Origin: an uncultured Bacillota bacterium
Lineage (GTDB): Bacteria > Bacillota > DTU025 > MWDF01
NCBI GenBank assembly: GCA_963823655.1
Contig: CAWGMK010000010.1
Coordinates: forward strand, 444,949 to 508,948
Length of the DNA stretch: 64,000 nucleotides
Direction: 5' to 3'
Shown here: piece by piece, positions 56,622-64,000 of the stretch
Layout: the number at the start of each line of letters is the position of its first letter
Position numbering within the stretch: position 1 is the stretch's first letter
Translations under genes and position numbers: made by a program
Notes under the pieces: model-generated
Told to the model about the DNA's origin: nothing
Database searches by the model: none
The model's input: the letters and a program-made list of their open reading frames with translations, nothing else

Positions 56622-57086
56622 GTGCGAGCGCTTAAGTTTACAAGCTGCTGCGAGGAAGATACCGAGCGGCTGGGCGAAAAGCTCGGCCGCCTTCTTCCTG
56701 ATGGCAGTACGGTCCTTTTGAAGGGCGACATAGGAGCGGGCAAGACTTGCTTTACAAGAGGCCTTGCCAAGGGGCTCGGCTTCGATCCCGCGGACGTCTC
56801 AAGCCCGACTTTCACGCTGGTACACGAGCACAGAAACGGCAGGCGGATGTACCATATGGACCTGTACAGGGTGAAGGACCTGGCAGAAGCTGAGGACAGC
56901 GGGCTTATGGAGTACTTCGCAGCAGACGGCGTGGCGGTCGTCGAATGGCCCGACCCGATCGAGCCCGAGATACATGAGGGCGCTGTGGTGGTGAGCATCG
57001 GGCCTGGTAAAGATGAGGATGAGAATTCAAGATTTATTGAGATCGAGCTGCCTGAGGATCTGGCCTCAGGCCTGGAGGATAGATGA
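56622..57086 (+). CDS. tsaE: tRNA t6A biosynthesis ATPase TsaE
   Basis: GDIGAGKT, SPTFTL, HMDLYR, VEW. Confidence 0.93.
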   Translation: MRALKFTSCCEEDTERLGEKLGRLLPDGSTVLLKGDIGAGKTCFTRGLAKGLGFDPADVSSPTFTLVHEHRNGRRMYHMDLYRVKDLAEAEDSGLMEYFAADGVAVVEWPDPIEPEIHEGAVVVSIGPGKDEDENSRFIEIELPEDLASGLEDR

Positions 57087-57786
57087 TCACAATCGCGCTT
57101 GATACCACCTGCATGACGGGCGGAGTTGCGGTGCTCGACGGCGAGAGGCTCGTCGCCGAGTACATGCTCTCCGTGAAAAGGACGCACTCCGAAAGGCTGA
57201 TGAGCTCCCTTTCCACGGTCATGAAGGACGCATCGCTTGAACCTTCAGACATAGGCCTTATCGCATGTTGCGTGGGGCCCGGCTCCTTTACGGGCATAAG
57301 GATCGGAGTCTCCAGCGCCAAGGCGATCGCAATGGCTCAGGGCTTGTTGTAGCGCCTGTCATCGGGCTCGACGCGCTCTGCTTCGGCTTACCCGAAGGCG
57401 AGCTTGCTTACGCTATGATAGACGCAAGGCATGAGAACTGCTATTGCGCAAGCTACATCGGCACGGGCGGTATGCCGCAGCGCACGAAAGAGCCAAGCGT
57501 GATGACGGTGGATGAGGTAATCGGCGAGATCAAGAGCTCGGGCAGGAGGCATCATCTAAGGGGCGATGGCGTACTGGCATACGGAGCCAAACTGGCAGCG
57601 GAGCTGGGCTCGCTTGCCGCGATGCCGTCAGTTGAGGATGCGGTAATAAGGCCTTCGAAAGTGGCGATGTGCGGGCTAAAAGCCTTTGAGGCGGGCCTTG
57701 CCGTGACGCCTGCGGCCCTTATGCCCTACTATATAAAGCATTCAGGCGCCGAGATCAAAGCAGAGGGGTGTGCTTGCACTGCTTAG
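57083..57786 (+). CDS. tsaB: tRNA t6A biosynthesis protein TsaB; apparent frameshift near 57345
   Basis: ALDT, HSERL, GPGSFTGIRIG, IDAR, PYYI. Confidence 0.9.
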
Positions 57787-58243
57787 CTTCGAGATGATGT
57801 CAACCCACCACGTGGAGGCGGTCTCGCAAATAGAGGCGCAGAGCTTTGCCAGCCCCTGGAGCAGGGAATCTTTCGATGCCGAGCTCTACAACCCTCGCGC
57901 GCGCTACATAATCGCCCTCGAGGGCGAGGAAGTGGTGGGGTATGCGGGGTATTGGAGGGTCTTCGAGGAGGCCCATGTGACCAATATCGCAATAAGGCCC
58001 GATAGAAGGGGCCTCGGCTACGGAAGGCACCTGATGGAGAAGCTAATGCTGCTGGCCGCCGAAGAGGGCGCGAGAGCGATGACGCTTGAGGTAAGGGTGT
58101 CGAACCTGAAGGCGAGGAAGCTGTACGAGAAATTGGGCTTTTCAACTGCTGGCATCAGGCCCGGCTACTACGAGGACAACGGCGAGGACGCGGCGATAAT
58201 GTGGAACTGGCGGATCGGGGGACTAAAGGGCATTGATGGATGA
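57770..58243 (+). CDS. rimI: Ribosomal-protein-alanine N-acetyltransferase
   Basis: PWS, HVTNIA, LEVRVSN..A..LY, RPGYY...EDA. Confidence 0.9.
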   Translation: MLALLSFEMMSTHHVEAVSQIEAQSFASPWSRESFDAELYNPRARYIIALEGEEVVGYAGYWRVFEEAHVTNIAIRPDRRGLGYGRHLMEKLMLLAAEEGARAMTLEVRVSNLKARKLYEKLGFSTAGIRPGYYEDNGEDAAIMWNWRIGGLKGIDG

Positions 58244-59237
58244 GGGAAAGCTCGTATTGGGAATAGAGAGCAGCTGTGATGAGACCTCCGCATCTCTAGT
58301 TGAAGGCGGCAGGATCGTCAGGTCATGCATTATAGCGTCCCAGATGGAGGAGCACAGGCGCTACGGCGGCGTAGTGCCGGAGATTGCTTCCAGAAGGCAT
58401 GTGGAGGCGATAGTGCCCGTGGTCGAGGAGGCGCTGGGAGGAGTTAAACCTTCCGAGCTTTGGGGCATTGCGGCGACCGCAGGCCCGGGGCTTGTCGGGG
58501 CGCTTTTGGTAGGCCTGTCATTTGCCAAGGCCCTGTCATGGTCGGCAGGGGTCCCTTTCGTTGGCGTCAACCACATTGAGGGGCACATATATGCGAACTT
58601 CCTGGGAAGGCCGGAGCTTGAGCCGCCATTTCTATGCCTTACGGTATCCGGCGGGCATACCGACCTTACGGTCATCGAGGCTCATGGGGTTTACAAGCGC
58701 CTGAGCCGCACAAGAGATGATGCTGCCGGTGAGGCCTTCGACAAGGTGGCGAGGTCCTTAGGGCTTCCGTACCCGGGCGGGCCGAACCTGGAGAGGCTCG
58801 CTAGAGGCGGGGACCCGGATGCCGTGAAGTTCACAAAAGTTGTAGTCAGGGACAATCCGCTCGATATTAGCTTCTCGGGGCTTAAGACTGCAGCTGTCAG
58901 GCTTGCGCAGGCTGCTACGGATGACAAGCGGAGGGCGGACATAGCTGCGAGCTTCCAGAAGGCAGTAGTTGAGGCCCTTGCCGAAAGGGCGGGCGAGGCG
59001 CTGAGGATTACGGGCCTGAACAGGCTTGCAGTCTCAGGGGGCGTGGCGTCCAATAAGGCATTGAGGGATCGCTGTAAGTCCCTTTGCGAAGAGACCCATT
59101 CAGAGCTTATAATACCTGAGGCGGTGTACTGCACCGACAACGCGGCCATGATCGCCTCGGCGGGCTTCTTCAGGCTCAGGGCTGGGCAGTACTCAGAGCT
59201 GGACGCGAACGCCGACCCCTCGTGGAAGGCGATCTAA
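58236..59237 (+). CDS. tsaD: tRNA t6A transferase TsaD
   Basis: GIESSCDET, GGVVPEIASRRH, NHIEGH, VSGGHT, DDAAGEAFDK, TDNAAMI. Confidence 0.96.
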   Translation: MDEGKLVLGIESSCDETSASLVEGGRIVRSCIIASQMEEHRRYGGVVPEIASRRHVEAIVPVVEEALGGVKPSELWGIAATAGPGLVGALLVGLSFAKALSWSAGVPFVGVNHIEGHIYANFLGRPELEPPFLCLTVSGGHTDLTVIEAHGVYKRLSRTRDDAAGEAFDKVARSLGLPYPGGPNLERLARGGDPDAVKFTKVVVRDNPLDISFSGLKTAAVRLAQAATDDKRRADIAASFQKAVVEALAERAGEALRITGLNRLAVSGGVASNKALRDRCKSLCEETHSELIIPEAVYCTDNAAMIASAGFFRLRAGQYSELDANADPSWKAI

Positions 59238-59264
59238 CTTATCAAGGATGGATGATAAAGCTTC

Positions 59265-60377
59265 ATGGATGAGCAGAAGAATTACGAAGACGGAATGGAA
59301 TATGAGGAAATGGAGGCCGAAGATGGCCTCCTGATTGAGCAGATCGAAGAGCCCGAAGAGCCAGAAGTACAGGATGAACCGGCCGGCGGCCTAAGGCGCG
59401 GCAGGGATAGCGGGAGAGATCGCGGCGGCAAGGCAAGCGCTCGTAAAAGGGGCGGCTGGTTTACTGCAGCCGTTGTGCTTAGCGTTATCGCATCTTTCGG
59501 GCTTCTGATAGGCGCCTACTTCTTCCTGGTGCTGCCTTCAAGGCTGCCCTGGGGAGAGGACGGGGTGTTCACGCTACTTGTGGTTGGCACCGATGTGGAC
59601 TACGTGGGGCACGCTACAAGGGCCGAGGTGAGCGTTGGCAGGGCCGACACCGTAATGCTCCTTATAATGCCCAGGAAGGGCCAGATGGCCACCGTGATGT
59701 CCATACCGAGGGACACGCTTGTGCAGGTGAACGGCAACTACAGCAGGGTGAGGTTCAACTCGCTCTACAAGGGCCTTCCGCCGGATGAGCTGATCGAGGG
59801 CGTGAAGAGCCTGGCGGACCTTGAAGTGGACAGATGGGTGAGGGTCGATTTCGACGCTTTCGTGGGCTTCGTGGACGCTTTGGGCGGCATCGAAGTGGAC
59901 GTCGAGAAGCGCATGTGGTATGTGGACAGGGCGGGCGGATACAGCCTCGACCTGCAGCCGGGAAAGCAGGTTCTAGACGGCAAGACGTCGCTTGCCTATG
60001 TTAGGTACAGGCAGGATGCCTTGGGCGATATAGCAAGGGTATCAAGGCAGCAGGATTTCGTGCTGGCGCTGGCAAAATCCACGATCAAGCTGAGCACATT
60101 GGGCAAGATCGGCGAGTTCAGGGCGATAATGGACAAATATGTGCAAAACGACATGAACCTGTACGAATATGCGGCGATTGGCATCAGGGCGCTCAAGATC
60201 GGCCCTTCGAACATAGACACAAAGACGCTTCCCGGCAACTTCAGCGGGCCGTACTGGGAGGCGGACGAAGAGGCGATAGCAGCCTTCTTAAGCAGATCGA
60301 AGGCGGTGGGTCCAGGTGAGCGGAGGGGCCGCAATGCTCGATGTGGCGCTTACCATCAATTCCGCAACTACGCTTAA
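59265..60377 (+). CDS. LCP (LytR-CpsA-Psr) family protein; 3' end uncertain
   Basis: TM segment, RADT, SIPRD, VDALGG, YVRYR, GDIARVSRQQ. Confidence 0.88.
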   Translation: MDEQKNYEDGMEYEEMEAEDGLLIEQIEEPEEPEVQDEPAGGLRRGRDSGRDRGGKASARKRGGWFTAAVVLSVIASFGLLIGAYFFLVLPSRLPWGEDGVFTLLVVGTDVDYVGHATRAEVSVGRADTVMLLIMPRKGQMATVMSIPRDTLVQVNGNYSRVRFNSLYKGLPPDELIEGVKSLADLEVDRWVRVDFDAFVGFVDALGGIEVDVEKRMWYVDRAGGYSLDLQPGKQVLDGKTSLAYVRYRQDALGDIARVSRQQDFVLALAKSTIKLSTLGKIGEFRAIMDKYVQNDMNLYEYAAIGIRALKIGPSNIDTKTLPGNFSGPYWEADEEAIAAFLSRSKAVGPGERRGRNARCGAYHQFRNYA

Positions 60378-61051
60378 GCGATCGGAATCGATTGTGGTCG
60401 TAATAGACGTGCTCAGGGCAACGAGCACGATAGCAAGGGCGCTCGCTTCGGGCGCCCGCGCCATATATCCGGCAGCTGGAGTGGAAGCGGCAAGGCAGCT
60501 GGCGCTTGAGCTGGGGGATGTGCTCCTTTGCGGGGAGCGCATGGGCGTTATGCCGGAGGGGTTCGACCTTGGCAATTCTCCTTTGGAATATACCGAGGAG
60601 AGGGTGTCGGGCAGGGACCTGGTGCTGGCGACGACGAACGGCACAAAGGCGCTTGAGATCCATTCGGACGCATTGGAGCTGTATGCTGCAAGCTTGCTGA
60701 ACGCGAGCGCTGTAGCAGAGCGCCTTATTGCATTGGGCAAGGACGTAATCCTGGTGTGCGCGGGGCAGGACGGCGCCTTCGGGGCCGAGGATGCCATATG
60801 CGCCGGGATGATCGCCGACAAGATCAAGGGGCCCGGCTTCGAGATGACGGATCCGGGCTGGCTTGCCCTGACGGCTTACAGGGCATGCAAGCATGACATG
60901 GCGGGCTCGATCAGGCAGTGCGACCACGCAGTCTACCTCACAAAAGAGGGCTTTGGCTGAGGACGTATCGTATTGCAGCAATGTGGATGAGTTCGACGTG
61001 GTGCCGGTGGCAATTGAGACTGAATGGAAGAAAGGCGATAAAGAGCCTTAA
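60334..61051 (+). CDS. 2-phosphosulfolactate phosphatase (ComB) family; apparent frameshift near 60955
   Basis: VIDVLRATST, GER, GFDLGNSP, TTNGT, ED..CAG; continues EDVSYC...VVP in another frame. Confidence 0.87.
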
Positions 61052-61071
61052 AGTTTAGGAAGGTGAGCGTA

Positions 61072-61644
61072 ATGGGAAGGATTTCGAACAACGTACATGA
61101 TGACATCAAGAAGATCCTTTACAGCGAGGAGCAGATAGCAAGCAGGGTAAAGGAGCTCGGTAAGCAGATAAGCTCCGATTACCAGGGCAAGGAGATCGTC
61201 ACGGTCTTCGTGCTAAGAGGCGCTACCGTCTTCTTCTCCGATCTTGTAAGGCACATCACCGTACCGATCGTAATAGATACTATAGCTGCGGCAAGCTACG
61301 GAGATGCAACGAAGTCATCAGGTACTGTGAGAATAGACAAGGACATCGATACGTCGATAGGGGGCAAGCACGTCCTTCTCATCGAGGATATAATCGACAC
61401 GGGGCTCACCCTGTCATACCTGAAGGCCTATTTCCTGGCGCAGAAGCCGGCATCATTGAAGATCATTACGCTCCTGGACAAGCCATCCACCAGGAAGGTT
61501 GAGCTTGTGCCGGACTACAACGGCTTTACTGTGGGAAATGAGTTCGTGGTCGGATACGGGCTCGACTACTCGCAGCACTTCAGGAACCTCCCCTATATCG
61601 GAATACCGAAGGACTATGTCTGGAACAGCGAAAGCAAGGAGTAA
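61072..61644 (+). CDS. hpt: Hypoxanthine phosphoribosyltransferase
   Basis: LRGA, SYG, IEDIIDTGLTL, FVVGYGLDY, RNLPYI. Confidence 0.95.
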   Translation: MGRISNNVHDDIKKILYSEEQIASRVKELGKQISSDYQGKEIVTVFVLRGATVFFSDLVRHITVPIVIDTIAAASYGDATKSSGTVRIDKDIDTSIGGKHVLLIEDIIDTGLTLSYLKAYFLAQKPASLKIITLLDKPSTRKVELVPDYNGFTVGNEFVVGYGLDYSQHFRNLPYIGIPKDYVWNSESKE

Positions 61645-61647
61645 GGC

Positions 61648-63197
61648 ATGAAGGGCAACGAACTTGTCATAATACTGGATTTCGGCTCGCAGTACAGCAA
61701 GCTTATAGCAAGGCGCGTGAGGGAAGCGAGCGTCTACTGCGAGATTGTCAGGCATGACATCAAGGCCGAAGAGGTCGAGCGGATGGCCCCCAAGGGTATC
61801 ATCCTTTCGGGAGGGCCGTCCAGCGTTTACGGGGAGAGGGCGCCGCAGATCGACAAGAGGCTGTTCGAGCTCGGTATTCCCGTGCTTGGCATATGCTACG
61901 GCATGCAGCTGATGGCCTATCACATGGGCGGCAAGGTGGAGCGGGCGGACAAGCGCGAGTACGGCAAGGCGGAGCTCATGAAGGAGGGCGAATCCTGCCT
62001 GTTCTCAGGGCTTGGGCGATGTTGGCACGGTGTGGATGAGCCACGGAGACTCAGTTGTGAAGATGCCGGACGGCTTCAGGAAGTCTGCCTGGTCGGACAA
62101 TACGCCGATAGCTGCGATGGAGGACGAGGGCAGGAAGCTTTACGGGCTGCAGTTCCATCCTGAGGTGAAGCATACGGCGAAGGGGCAGGAGATCATCAAC
62201 GACTTCCTGTTCGGTGCATGCGGGCTTAAGGGCGACTGGACCCCGGGCTCCTTCATCGAGGAGGCCGTGGAGGATATTAGGGTCAGGACGGCGGGGGGAA
62301 GGGTGCTGTGCGCGCTGTCGGGCGGGGTGGATTCGTCGGTGGCGGCGGTGCTGCTGCACAGGGCGGTGGGCGAGAACCTGGTCTGCGTGTTCGTGGACCA
62401 CGGGCTTCTGAGGAAGGGCGAGGCAGAGCAGGTAGAACGGGTCTTCAAGCAGCACTTCCGCATGAATTTGATTGTCGTTGAATGCCAAGGAGCGCTTCCT
62501 GGGGAAGCTGGCAGGAGTGGCGGATCCTGAGCGCAAGAGGAAGATCATCGGCGAGGAGTTCATAAGGGTATTCGAGGAAGAGGCGGCGAAGCTCGGGAAG
62601 ATCGACTACCTGGTGCAGGGGACGCTGTATCCGGACGTTATTGAGAGCACGGCGCCGGACACCGCGGGGACTGCGGCGAAGATTAAGAGCCACCACAATG
62701 TGGGAGGCCTGCCGGAGAAGCTGGGCTTCAAGCTGATTGAGCCGCTGAGGTACCTGTTCAAGGACGAGGTAAGGCGGATGGGCGCTGGCGCTGGGATTGA
62801 ATGAGAGATCGTGTGGAGGCAGCCGTTCCCGGGGCCGGGGCTGGCCGTGAGGATAATCGGCGACATCACCGAGGAGAGGGTGAAGCTGCTGCAGGATGCC
62901 GACGCGGTCGTCACCGAGGAGATAAAGGCGGCGGGGCTGGACAGGGCGATCTGGCAGTCGTTTGCGGTGTTGCCCGGAGTGAGGTCGGTTGGCGTCATGG
63001 GAGATGAGCGCACTTATTCGGAGCTGGTGGCGATAAGGGCTGTTGTGAGCGATGACGGCATGACGGCGGACTGGGCGAAGATCCCTTATGATGTGCTGGA
63101 GAGGATATCGACCAGGATAGTGAACGAGGTGCACGGCGTGAACAGCGTGGTGTATGACATCACCATGAAGCCACCATCGACTATTGAATGGGAGTAG
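61648..63197 (+). CDS. guaA: GMP synthase; about three apparent frameshifts
   Basis: [52 protein letters not shown]. Confidence 0.95.
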
Positions 63198-63422
63198 ATG
63201 GATATGAGTACTGAGCCTATCCAAGGCGAGGTCATTGATGAGAATGCGGTGCGGTGCCCGAGGTGCGGCTCCACATCGGTATCCTTGGCGAATAAGGGCT
63301 ATGACTACGGCTGCGGGTGCTGCGGAGCGGCGATATTGGGATGGCCGGGCCTTCTGTGCGGGCTGCTTGACGCGAACAACAAGCACAAAGAGTGCATGAA
63401 GTGCGGATATAAATGGAAGTAA
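63198..63422 (+). CDS. Small zinc-ribbon protein with central hydrophobic Gly/Cys-rich segment
   Basis: CPRC...GCGCCGAAILGWPGLLCG...CMKCGYKW. Confidence 0.7.
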   Translation: MDMSTEPIQGEVIDENAVRCPRCGSTSVSLANKGYDYGCGCCGAAILGWPGLLCGLLDANNKHKECMKCGYKWK

Positions 63423-63772
63423 ACAAATCGGCGTTCATCTGGCGGGTTATGAGGTGCCACAGGATTCCTGAGAGGTGCCTGGTGATCGCGGGCCGGAGGA
63501 TGCCGATTTGCGCTAGATGCTTCGGGAGTTATTTGGGGCATTTTACTGCGATTGTGGCGTTCATTGCTGGGTTTAGGCCGCACTGGGCGATTTGCTTGGC
63601 TCTGGTTGTGCCGATGGGCATAGACTGGAGCCTTCAGCGCTTCTGGGGGATTATGTCGAACAATACGAGGAGGGTAATAACGGGCTTCCTTGGAGGGATG
63701 GGGAGCAGCTTGCTGCAATTGACTATAATTCTCTTGCTTGTTCAAGTAATCTTAAGGCCTTCCAGCTTGTAG
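63413..63772 (+). CDS. DUF2085 family membrane protein
   Basis: CHRIPER..., PICARCFG, PMGID..Q, SNNTRR.ITG. Confidence 0.8.
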   Translation: MEVNKSAFIWRVMRCHRIPERCLVIAGRRMPICARCFGSYLGHFTAIVAFIAGFRPHWAICLALVVPMGIDWSLQRFWGIMSNNTRRVITGFLGGMGSSLLQLTIILLLVQVILRPSSL

Positions 63773-64000
63773 TAATCTATAAACATTTAAATTATAATAA
63801 TCATACACGTGAGAGATAAAACCGCCTTATTTACTGATAAGCTGGGCACGTACTTCTACCTCACATTAGAGTAAGGCATTTATACTCGATAATATTGGTT
63901 GAACAATTTCGAAGGCTAGGTTTGCAAAAGAGCCAGAAGAGTACTCCATGTATAGTTTTCAGTGAAGAATAAAGGCTAAGTCCAATTAATCATGAATTGA

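Noticed and set aside
63773-64000. tRNA, att site or defence gene in the AT-rich tail
   Set aside because: No cloverleaf, repeat or interpretable ORF in the available sequence

Overview
A ~58% GC, entirely + strand chromosomal segment. It most likely comes from a diderm (outer-membrane-bearing) member of the Bacillota. Gene order (comFA-comFC, hpf-secA-prfB, ftsEX-M23-ctpA-uvrBAC, glmM-glmS-acpS-nnr, tsaEB-rimI-tsaD), a Bacillota-type LexA box and SigH-like promoters point to Bacillota. The left end, however, carries an outer-membrane locus: lptD-like, lptC, lptA, lptB, DUF3084, a ~1200-aa SLH/coiled-coil/beta-barrel (OmpM-like) protein, yqgF-like and a second barrel protein. Also present are a DUF5693-csaB-tagA wall-polymer module, a DUF2089/DUF4097 plus triple-PspC envelope-stress block, and a possible island edge after guaA. 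About 30 single-base frameshifts break otherwise intact genes, including essential ones, and are best explained as sequencing or assembly indels, so broken ORFs are reported as reconstructed genes. No rRNA, tRNA, CRISPR array or transposase was seen. All protein calls come from motif recognition by eye, not database searches.
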